DNA from: Streptosporangiales bacterium
GTDB lineage: Bacteria > Actinomycetota > Actinomycetes > Streptosporangiales > WHST01
DNA length: 64,000 nt
Reading direction: 5' to 3'
NCBI GenBank assembly: GCA_009379825.1
Contig: WHTA01000023.1
Location: forward strand, 892 to 64,891
Position numbers and translations under genes: made by a program. This document shows, one piece after another, positions 39,579-47,484 of the stretch (position 1 is the stretch's first letter; each line of letters starts with the position of its first letter). The notes beneath the pieces are model-generated. The model saw only the letters and a list, made by a program, of their open reading frames with translations, was not told the origin of the DNA and did not search any database.

Positions 39579-41360
39579 CTACCGTCCTGTCGCGTATCCC
39601 TGCATGCCACGCGGGTTGGCACCGGCCTTCAGCAGGCCGTCCGGCCCCCGGCTCACCGCGCTCAGCCGGCCGAGCGACCAGGGCTCCTCTGCGACCACCT
39701 CGTGCCCGCGGCTGCGCAGCTCGGCGAGCACGTCGGCACCGATGCGGTCCTCCACGTGCAGCCGGCCGGGGTTGGCCTGCCGCGGGTAGAACGACGACGG
39801 GAAGTGGCTGGTGTGCCACGCCGGCGCGTCGATGGCCTCCTGCAGGTTCATCCCGTGATGCACGTGGCGCAGGAACAGCAGCACCGACCACTGGTCCTGC
39901 TGGTCGCCGCCCGGCGTGCCGAACGCCAGGTACGGCGCGCCGCCGCGCAGCGCGAGCGACGGCGTCAGCGTCGCACGCGGGCGCTTCCCCGGCACGAGCG
40001 ACGCCGGCAGGCCGTCCTCGAGCCAGTACATCTGCCCGCGGGTGCCGAGCGCGAAGCCGAGTCCGGGGATCACCGGTGAGCTCTGCAGCCAGCCACCGCT
40101 CGGCGTGGCGCTCACCAGGTTGCCCCAGCGGTCAACCACGTCGAGATGGCAGGTGTCGCCGCGGGTCAACCCGGACGGCTGGACGGTCGGCTCGCCCACC
40201 GCGCCCGCGGACCCCGCGTCCCCGGCCGCGGCAACGGGCCGCGGCAGTCGCGGCGCTTCGCCGGCGACCGCGCCCGGCCGCAACGGGCCGGTGTCGGCCA
40301 CGTCGCCGACCAGCTTGCGCCGCTCGTCGTTGTACGCCGCCAAGAGCAGGGTGTCCAACGGCACGTCGGCGAACGCGGGATCGCCGTAGTACGCCTCGCG
40401 GTCGGCGAATGCGAGCTTGGCGCACTCGGTCACCAGGTGTACGAAGTCGGCCGAGCACGGGTCGTACGCGTCCAGGTCGAATCCGGCGAGCAGCGCGAGC
40501 TGTTGCAGGAACACCGGCCCCTGCGTCCACGGTCCCGCCTTGAGCACGGTGTGGCCGCGGTAGTCGTACGAGACCGGCTCCTCGACCGAAGCCCGCCAGG
40601 CCGCCATGTCGTCGTAGCCGAGCAGGCCGCGGTGCGGCTCGCCGCTGACGTCCATCACCTCGTGCTCGGCGAACGAGGCGACGGTCTCCGCCACGAACCC
40701 GCTGTAGAACGCCTGCCGCGCGGCTTCGATCTGCGCCTGCCGGTCGCTGCCGGCACGCTCCCCCTCCTCGACCAGCCTGGTGTACGTCGCGGCGAGCTCC
40801 GGGTTCCTGAACACCTGGCCAGGCACCGGAGGCGCGCCACCTGGCAGCCACAGCGCGGCGGAGGTCAACCAGTGCTCCCTGAAGAGGTCGGCGACCAGGT
40901 CCACCGTCGAGGCGATGCGGGGCACGACGGGGAAGCCGTGCTCCGCGTAGCCGATGGCGTACTCCAGCACGTCGCGCAGCGGCAGCGTGCCGTAGTCGCG
41001 CAACAGCAGCAGCCACGCGCCGAACTGGCCTGGCACGCACGCCGGCAGCAGGCCGGTGCCGGGCACCAGGTCGAGACCGAGCTCGCGGAACGCGTCCGTC
41101 GTCGCTGCCGCCGGCGCCGTGCCCTGCCCGCACACCACGAACGGCCGCTCGGCACGGGCGTCCCAGGCGATCATCGGCACCTCACCGGCGGGGCCGTTGA
41201 GGTGCGGCTCGACGACCTGCAGGACGAAGCCCGCCGCCACCGCGGCGTCGAAGGCGTTACCGCCCTTCTCCAGCACCGCCATGCCGCTGCTCGACGCGAG
41301 CCAGTGCGTCGACGCCACCATGCCGAACGTGCCGGCGAGTTCAGGTCTCGTGGTGAACAA
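39579..41360 (-). CDS. Gamma-glutamyltransferase family protein, no signal peptide
   Basis: 593 aa. GMVASTHWLAS N-terminus and a candidate autoprocessing/nucleophile Thr in GDTCHLDVVDRWGN. GTPGG near the C-terminus. Confidence 0.85.
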   Translation of the reverse strand: MFTTRPELAGTFGMVASTHWLASSSGMAVLEKGGNAFDAAVAAGFVLQVVEPHLNGPAGEVPMIAWDARAERPFVVCGQGTAPAAATTDAFRELGLDLVPGTGLLPACVPGQFGAWLLLLRDYGTLPLRDVLEYAIGYAEHGFPVVPRIASTVDLVADLFREHWLTSAALWLPGGAPPVPGQVFRNPELAATYTRLVEEGERAGSDRQAQIEAARQAFYSGFVAETVASFAEHEVMDVSGEPHRGLLGYDDMAAWRASVEEPVSYDYRGHTVLKAGPWTQGPVFLQQLALLAGFDLDAYDPCSADFVHLVTECAKLAFADREAYYGDPAFADVPLDTLLLAAYNDERRKLVGDVADTGPLRPGAVAGEAPRLPRPVAAAGDAGSAGAVGEPTVQPSGLTRGDTCHLDVVDRWGNLVSATPSGGWLQSSPVIPGLGFALGTRGQMYWLEDGLPASLVPGKRPRATLTPSLALRGGAPYLAFGTPGGDQQDQWSVLLFLRHVHHGMNLQEAIDAPAWHTSHFPSSFYPRQANPGRLHVEDRIGADVLAELRSRGHEVVAEEPWSLGRLSAVSRGPDGLLKAGANPRGMQGYATGR

Positions 41361-42372
41361 GGGTGTCCGCTCCTCCCGTCACGTCCGGGGCACGTCCGTC
41401 GGCCCCGATCAGGTGACACGCTCCATAGTGTCCGTCATCGGTGTGGTCGACGAGCTCCGGTGTCTGGTCGCGGCACATCGGCAGCTCAGCGACCGGGCAA
41501 CGGGTGTGGAACCGGCAGCCGGACGGCGGGTTGATCGGACTGGGGATGTCGCCTGGCAGCACCACGCGCTGTCGCTCGCGCTGCGCCTGCGGGTCCGGCA
41601 GCACGACCGCGGACAGCAGCGACTGCGTGTACGGGTGCCGCGGGCCGCGGAACAGCTGGTCGCGGGTCGCCTGCTCGACGATGCGACCGAGGTACATCAC
41701 CGCGACCTTGTTGCACAGGAACTCGACCGTGGACAGGTCGTGGGCGACGAACAGGCAGCTGAACCCCATGTCGCGCTGCAGGTCGAGGACGAGGTTGATG
41801 ATCGACGCCTGCACGGAGACGTCCAGCGCGGACACCGGTTCGTCCGCGATCAGCAGGCTCGGCTCGAGCACAAGCGACCTGGCCAGCCCGACCCGCTGCC
41901 GCTGCCCGCCGGAGAGCTCGTGCGGGTACCGGCGCGCCATGTCCGCGGAGAGGCCGACCCGTTCGAGCATGTCGGCCACCAGCCGCCGTACGTCGTGGCC
42001 GCTGGCGATGCCGTGCATCCGCACCGGCTCCGCGACGATCTCCTCGACCTGCGTGCGCGGGTCCAGCGACGAGTACGGGTCCTGGAACACCATGTGCACC
42101 TGCCGGCGCAGCGGCCGCATCTGCCGCCGCGACAGGTGCGTGATGTCGCGGCCGTGCAACGTGATCCGGCCACCGGTCGGCTCGATGAGGCGCACGATGC
42201 ACCTGGCCACGGTCGACTTGCCGCTGCCTGACTCCCCCACCAGGCCGACGATCTCGCCCTCGTCGATGGTCAGGTCGACGCCGTCGACCGCGTGCACCCG
42301 GCCACCACCGCGGCTGCGGGGTACGTCGAAGTACTTGGTCAGCCCGGTCACCTCGAGCAGATGGTCAGCCAT
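41341..42372 (-). CDS. Peptide ABC transporter ATP-binding protein (DppF/OppF type)
   Basis: ORF trimmed to ATG at 42372. Walker A GESGSGKST, LSGGQRQRVGLARS, LIADEPVSALD. C-terminal oligopeptide-ABC extension with Cys/His (RFHTRCP). Confidence 0.9.
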   Translation of the reverse strand: MADHLLEVTGLTKYFDVPRSRGGGRVHAVDGVDLTIDEGEIVGLVGESGSGKSTVARCIVRLIEPTGGRITLHGRDITHLSRRQMRPLRRQVHMVFQDPYSSLDPRTQVEEIVAEPVRMHGIASGHDVRRLVADMLERVGLSADMARRYPHELSGGQRQRVGLARSLVLEPSLLIADEPVSALDVSVQASIINLVLDLQRDMGFSCLFVAHDLSTVEFLCNKVAVMYLGRIVEQATRDQLFRGPRHPYTQSLLSAVVLPDPQAQRERQRVVLPGDIPSPINPPSGCRFHTRCPVAELPMCRDQTPELVDHTDDGHYGACHLIGADGRAPDVTGGADTLVHHET

Positions 42373-43369
42373 ACGCACCCTCCGCCGCCTTCGCACCCGG
42401 GTGCACACACGCCGCGAGCTGTCCGGGCGCCGTCGCCGCCAGCGGCGGCATCTCCGCCAGGCACTCGTCGTCCGCGCGCGGACACCGCGGCGCGAACACG
42501 CACGCCGTCGGCTGCTCGCGTAGCACGGGGACGATGCCCGGAATCTCCCGCAACCGCTCGGGCGCGCTGTCCGGCCCCAGGTCGGGGCGCGGCACGGAGC
42601 CGAGCAGACCGACCGTGTACGGGTGCTGCGGGTTGGTGAACACCGAGTCCGCGTCCGCGGACTCCACCACGTGCCCGGCGTACATGACGACGACGTCGTC
42701 GGCGATGTCGGCCACCACCCCGAGGTCGTGCGTGATGATGACGATCGACGTGCCGAACTGCTCGCGCAGATCGCGCATGATGTCGAGCACCTGGGCCTGG
42801 ATGGTGACGTCCAGCGCCGTCGTGGGCTCGTCGGCCAGCAGCACCTTCGGGTTGCACGCCACAGCCATGGCGATCATCACGCGCTGCCGCATGCCGCCGG
42901 ACATCTGGTGCGGGAAGTCGTCCACGCGCTGCTCCGCGGCCGGGATGCGCACCAGGTCGAGCAGCTCTACGGCGCGGACCCTGGCGTCCTTGCGCGACAG
43001 CCCAACGTGTCGACGGAGCACCTCACCGATCTGGAAGCCGACGGTGAACGCGGGGTTCAGCGACGTCATCGGCTCCTGGAAGATCATGGACATGTCGCGG
43101 CCCCTGATCTCGCGCAGCTGCTTGGGGCCGAGGTCGGAGATGTCCCTGCCCTCCAGCCGTACGCTTCCCGACCTGGTCGCCGTCGCGGGCAACAGGCCGA
43201 GCAGCGCCATCGCCGTCACCGACTTGCCGCAGCCGGACTCCCCGACGAGCGCGACCACGCCTCCTGGACCGACGGAGAACGACACCCCGTTGACCGCGAG
43301 CACGGTGCCGTCGTCGCTGTCGAAGCGCACCTTCAGGTCCTCGACGACCAGGCGCTCCTCGCCGCTCAT
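42365..43369 (-). CDS. Peptide ABC transporter ATP-binding protein (DppD/OppD type)
   Basis: C-terminal 334 aa of ORF 42365..44251. GESGCGKSV, MSGGMRQRVMIAMA, LLADEPTTALD. ATGA overlap with the permease. Confidence 0.9.
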   Translation of the reverse strand: MSGEERLVVEDLKVRFDSDDGTVLAVNGVSFSVGPGGVVALVGESGCGKSVTAMALLGLLPATATRSGSVRLEGRDISDLGPKQLREIRGRDMSMIFQEPMTSLNPAFTVGFQIGEVLRRHVGLSRKDARVRAVELLDLVRIPAAEQRVDDFPHQMSGGMRQRVMIAMAVACNPKVLLADEPTTALDVTIQAQVLDIMRDLREQFGTSIVIITHDLGVVADIADDVVVMYAGHVVESADADSVFTNPQHPYTVGLLGSVPRPDLGPDSAPERLREIPGIVPVLREQPTACVFAPRCPRADDECLAEMPPLAATAPGQLAACVHPGAKAAEGAYG

Positions 43370-44244
43370 GTGCTCGTCCTCACGTCGAGTACGTCCCGCA
43401 GGCCGTCGCCGAACAGGTTGAACGACAACGTGGTCAGCGCGATGGCCAGACCGGGGAAGACCGCGTACCAGGGCGACTGCGCGATGTACTGCTGCGCCTC
43501 CGACAGCATGGTCCCCCAGCTCGGTGTCGGCGGCTGCTCGCCCAACCCGAGGAAGGAAAGGATGGCGGCGCCGATGATGGCCGTCGGGATCGCGACCGTG
43601 GCCTGCACGATCAGCGGGTTCACGGTGTTGGGCAGGATGTGCTTGAACAGCACCACCCGGTCGGGCGCACCGTTGACCACCGCGGCCTCCACGTACTCCA
43701 GCTCGCGCAGCCCGAGCACCTCGCCACGCGTGATGCGCACGAACTGCGGAATCTGCCCGACCGCGAGCGCGATCGTCGCGTTCATCAGCGACGGCCCGAG
43801 GATCGCCGCCAACCCGACCGCGAGGATCAGGAACGGGAAGGAGAGCACGACGTCCGTCACCCGCGAGATGACCGGGTCGATCCAGCCACGGTAGTACCCG
43901 GCCACGAGCCCGATCGGCACGGCGACGCACACCGCGATGAACGTGGAGAGCACGCCCGCGGTGAGCGAGGCACGCGCGCCGACGATCACGCGGGAGAGCA
44001 GGTCGCGGCCGACGTCGTCGGTGCCGAGCAAATGCCCTGGGCTGAACGGCGGCTCGAGCACCGACCCGTAGTCGGACGCGGAAGGGTCGTACGGAGCGAG
44101 CAACGGGGCGAACAGCGCCGTCAGCACCACGACGACCACGCCGACCAACCCCACGACGGCGAGCCGCCGCTTGGCGAACCTGCGCACCAGCCGCCGCCTG
44201 GCGACGGCGGAGGAGGCGACGGTGTCCGCGGTCAGCGTCGTCAC
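43366..44244 (-). CDS. Peptide ABC transporter permease (DppC/OppC type)
   Basis: 292 aa. N-terminal TM, EAA-type region YVEAAVVNGAPDRVVLFKHILPN. Confidence 0.9.
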   Translation of the reverse strand: MTTLTADTVASSAVARRRLVRRFAKRRLAVVGLVGVVVVVLTALFAPLLAPYDPSASDYGSVLEPPFSPGHLLGTDDVGRDLLSRVIVGARASLTAGVLSTFIAVCVAVPIGLVAGYYRGWIDPVISRVTDVVLSFPFLILAVGLAAILGPSLMNATIALAVGQIPQFVRITRGEVLGLRELEYVEAAVVNGAPDRVVLFKHILPNTVNPLIVQATVAIPTAIIGAAILSFLGLGEQPPTPSWGTMLSEAQQYIAQSPWYAVFPGLAIALTTLSFNLFGDGLRDVLDVRTST

Positions 44245-45194
44245 GACGCACCTCCCCCGACCCGGATCCGCGGGTTCAGCACCGAGTACGCGACGTCGAC
44301 GAGGAAGTTCGCGAGGATGTACCCGGTGGCCGTCACCAGCACGACACCCTGCAGGGCCGGGTAGTCACGGCTGAACACCGAGTCGACGGTGAGGCGTCCG
44401 ATGCCGGGGATCACGAAGATCTGCTCGGTCACCACCGCGCCCGAGATCAGTGCACCCAGCTGCAGGCCGACCACCGTCACGACGGTGACCAGACTGTTCC
44501 GCAGCGCGTGCAGGCCGACGACCGTCCGCTCGCTCATGCCCTTCGCCCGCGCCGTGCGTACGTAGTCCGCGCCCAACGACTCCAACATCGCCGACCGCAT
44601 CTACCGCATCACCACCGCGGCGAGCGCCGTACCGAGCACGACGGCGGGCATCAGCATGTGCGACAGGTTGCCGATCGGATTGGTCAACGGCTCGAACCCG
44701 GACGCCGGCAGTATGGGGAACTGCACCGCGAACGCGAGGATCAGCAGGATGCCGAGCCAGAAGTTCGGGATCGACAGCCCGGCGAGCGCGGTGGTGCTGC
44801 ACACGTAGTCGAGCACGCTGCCGCGCCGCACCGCTGCCGCGATCCCGAGCGGCACGCCGATCAACACCGCCACGAGCAGCGACAGGCTCGCCAGCTCCAA
44901 CGTGATCGGCAGCCGTTCCATCAGGGTCTGGGTCACCGGCAGGCCGGTCTTCGGCGAGGTACCCAGGTCGCCCTGGAACGCACGCCCGATCCACAGGCCG
45001 TACTGGACGACCAGCGGCTCGTCCAGCGCGTACTTCTGCCTGATCGTCTCGATCGCTTCCGGTGACGCGGTCTCGGCCGACAGCGCGACGGCCGGGTCGC
45101 CCGGCAGTGCCCGCACCCCGAGGAACACCACGACCGTCGCGATGAACAAGGTGATCAACGAGGCGCCGGCACGCCGGGCGAGGAACCACAACAT
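44241..45194 (-). pseudogene. Peptide ABC transporter permease (DppB/OppB type) split by an in-frame TAG into 197-aa and 119-aa ORFs
   Basis: ORFs 44601..45194 and 44241..44600 abut exactly: ...AVVMR-TAG-ATG-RSAMLESLGADYVRTARAKGM... Together they make one colinear DppB-like permease. The break is just before the EAA loop. Confidence 0.75.
44592..44609 (-). repeat. 9-nt tandem duplication ATGCGGTAG/ATGCGGTCG at the permease split point
   Basis: Read on the minus strand: 44609-44601 ATGCGGTAG and 44600-44592 ATGCGGTCG. One mismatch creates the TAG. Confidence 0.9.
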
Positions 45195-45206
45195 CCGCAG
45201 CGCCCG

Positions 45207-46790
45207 TCAGCCGGTCTGCGTGGCCGTCTTGAGCCGGATCAGGCCGTCGCCGTAGTACTCGACGCCGGAGAGGCTCGTCCGGTTACCCAGCACCACCTTC
45301 GGGTGGTACAGGTAGATGACGTTGTTGTACTCGAGGAACTTCTGCGTGAGCTGGTTGAAGATCTGCTTGCGCTCCGCCCCGTCGGTCGTCGCCCGCTCCT
45401 TCGCGATGAGGTCCATCACGTCGTCGTAGTTGGCCCCGCTGTCGCCGAGCGTGCTGCGCGGGTCCCAGAACGGTGCGATGTTCTGGTCCGGGTCGAGCCG
45501 CCCCGACCAGCCCACCTGGAACGTCTCGAGCTTGCCGGCCTGCGACTGCTCGAGCGCCGTGGTGAACTCGGTCGACTGCACCTTCACCTGGAAGCCGGCC
45601 TTCTTCGCCATCCCCTGGATGACCGTGCCGAGCTTCGTCGCCTCAGGGTTGGCCGCCTCCACGGTCAGGGTGATCTTCACCGGCGTCTTGACGCCGGTCT
45701 CCTTCACCAGCTGCTTGGCCCTGGCGAGGTCCTGCTCGGGGCACTCGATGTCCGGCGCGTAGCTGGTCACCGGTGAGATCGGTGTGCACCCCGGGGTGTA
45801 CTGCCCGTCGAAGACCACCTTGTTGATGGCCTTGCGGTCCAGGCTCAGCGCGAACGCCTCCCGCAGCTTCGGCTCCTGCGCGAGCGGCTTGTCCACGATG
45901 TTGTGCGGCAGCTTGCCCGAACCGTTGCTGTTCGCGACGTTCACCGTGATGCCCTGGTACCCCAGTGACGTCACCGGCGAGATCTTTATGTCGTCGACGG
46001 ACTTCAGCGTCTCGATGTCCGTCGGCTCGATCCGGTCGGCGATGTCGATATCGCCTGAGCGGAGGTTCGCAGCTCGGACGTTGCCTTGGGTGATGACGCT
46101 GAAGTTGACGCCGTCGAGCTTGACGTCGGACTTGTCGTAGTAGTGGTCCGACTTGGTCAGCTCGATGCGGTCGCTGGACGGCCGGTCCTTGAACGAGAAC
46201 GGGCCGACGCAGACCGGGTCGTTGGCGAAGTCGGCGCCGAGCTCGTCGAGCTGCTTCGGCGACAGGATCATCCCGGACCGGTCCGCGAAGATCGAGGTGA
46301 GCGGCGCGAACGGGTGCTTCAGGTTCAGCCGCACCGTCGTGTCGCCCTCGGTCTCGATCGAGTCGATCTCGCTCAGCTCGGCCGAGCGCGCCGACTCCGG
46401 TGCGTCCTGGTAGTGCTCGAGGGTCTTCTTCACGGCCGCGGCGTTCAGCTCGGTGCCGTCGTTGAACTTCACGCCCTCGCGGACGTCGAAGGTGTACGTC
46501 TTGCCGTCCTCGCTGATCTCCGGCATGTCCGCGGCGAGCTGTGGCACGAGCTCGAGGTCCTCGTTGACGTCGTACAGCTTCTCGCACATGTTGGCGAACA
46601 CGATCCGCCCGACGAACGTGGACGCCACGGTCGGATCGAGCTTGTCGGGTGCCTCCGCCAAGGCGACGGTGACCGTGCCGCCTTCCTTCGCTTTGCCCGT
46701 GCCTTCACCGGTGCCGGTGGGATTCGAGCACCCCACCAGTGCGAGGCCGAGCGCCAATGCCGTGATCTGGATGTATCGGCGGTGCGTCAT
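45207..46790 (-). CDS. Peptide/nickel ABC substrate-binding lipoprotein (family 5)
   Basis: 527 aa. Lipoprotein signal ITALALGLALVGCSN. Family-5 SBP length and layout. First gene of the operon. Confidence 0.9.
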   Translation of the reverse strand: MTHRRYIQITALALGLALVGCSNPTGTGEGTGKAKEGGTVTVALAEAPDKLDPTVASTFVGRIVFANMCEKLYDVNEDLELVPQLAADMPEISEDGKTYTFDVREGVKFNDGTELNAAAVKKTLEHYQDAPESARSAELSEIDSIETEGDTTVRLNLKHPFAPLTSIFADRSGMILSPKQLDELGADFANDPVCVGPFSFKDRPSSDRIELTKSDHYYDKSDVKLDGVNFSVITQGNVRAANLRSGDIDIADRIEPTDIETLKSVDDIKISPVTSLGYQGITVNVANSNGSGKLPHNIVDKPLAQEPKLREAFALSLDRKAINKVVFDGQYTPGCTPISPVTSYAPDIECPEQDLARAKQLVKETGVKTPVKITLTVEAANPEATKLGTVIQGMAKKAGFQVKVQSTEFTTALEQSQAGKLETFQVGWSGRLDPDQNIAPFWDPRSTLGDSGANYDDVMDLIAKERATTDGAERKQIFNQLTQKFLEYNNVIYLYHPKVVLGNRTSLSGVEYYGDGLIRLKTATQTG

Positions 46791-46842
46791 CGGATCTCAT
46801 CCCTGCCGTCGAGCCGTCGTCCGCCCCCGGATGAGCACCTCG

Positions 46843-46871
46843 CAGACTGTAGACAATTAACTGATGTCAGT
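46843..46871 (-). promoter_or_regulatory. Candidate operator/promoter motifs upstream of the peptide ABC operon
   Basis: CAGACTGTAGACAATTAACTGATGTCAGT contains a GT-N2-AC core (TGTAGACA) and the palindrome ACTGA-TG-TCAGT (46860-46871). It lies in an AT-richer leader about 50 nt upstream of the SBP start. Confidence 0.3.
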
Positions 46872-46969
46872 CTCGGTGACGATCCGTGTCCATCGGACGG
46901 GTGCAATATCGCGGCGAGTGAGCCCGACGGGGCGCGAGATCCGGGCATATCGGGGCCGGTGCGGGGCCA

Positions 46970-47200
46970 GTGGTCCGCGAGTACGAGACTTGGCAGGTGA
47001 CCTACCTGCACTGGCTCGACCTCGCGTCCGCGCCGCTGCTACGGGGCGCGCGGCTGCCGTGGCTGCTCGTCCTCGTGGTGGCCATCGGCTGCCTGGTGGC
47101 TGCCTTCGCCATCCGCAGCGCACGCCGTCCCTCCGCCAAGCAGGCCCCACCGATGACGAAACCCCGGCTGATCCGCCCCGAGGACGACGACAAGGCCTGA
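46970..47200 (+). CDS. Possible small single-pass membrane protein
   Basis: 76 aa, GC3-rich, one clear TM helix (LPWLLVLVVAIGCLVAAFAI) followed by a charged tail PPMTKPRLIRPEDDDKA. Start uncertain. The 3' end is part of the tandem repeat. Confidence 0.35.
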   Translation: MVREYETWQVTYLHWLDLASAPLLRGARLPWLLVLVVAIGCLVAAFAIRSARRPSAKQAPPMTKPRLIRPEDDDKA

Positions 47201-47448
47201 CGGCCGAGACGCACCGGGGACCCGCCCATCACGAAACCCCGGCTGATCCGCCCCGAGGACGACGACAAGGCCTGACGGCCGAGACGCACCGGGGACCCGC
47301 CCATCACGAAACCCCGGCTGACCCGGACCGCCCCGGAAACACCGACGACAGGGGCTGCCGGCCGAGACGCACCGGGGACCCGCCCATCACGAAACCCCGG
47401 CTGACCCGGACCGCCCCGGAAACAACGACGACAGGGGCTGCCGGCCGA
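47156..47448. repeat. Tandem repeat array: 2 identical 75-bp units, one 83-bp variant unit, one ~60-bp partial unit
   Basis: 47156-47230 = 47231-47305 (identical by eye). 47306-47388 and 47389-47448 share the ends acgaaaccccggctga... and ...gagacgcaccggggacccgcccatc, with a diverged core. Confidence 0.9.
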
Positions 47449-47468
47449 CCGGCCGGCAGCCCCTGTCG
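47429..47468. terminator. Strong GC hairpin, probable bidirectional terminator (glgP / small ORF)
   Basis: cgacaggggctgccggcc-gacc-ggccggcagcccctgtcg: 18-bp perfect stem and 4-nt loop, 17 nt downstream of the glgP stop. No U-tract. Confidence 0.6.
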
Positions 47469-47484
47469 AGAGAGCTACGCGCAG

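Noticed and set aside
47156-47448. CRISPR array
   Set aside because: The units are directly adjacent with no unique spacers, the unit lengths are 75-83 bp, and there are no cas genes. This is a plain tandem repeat.
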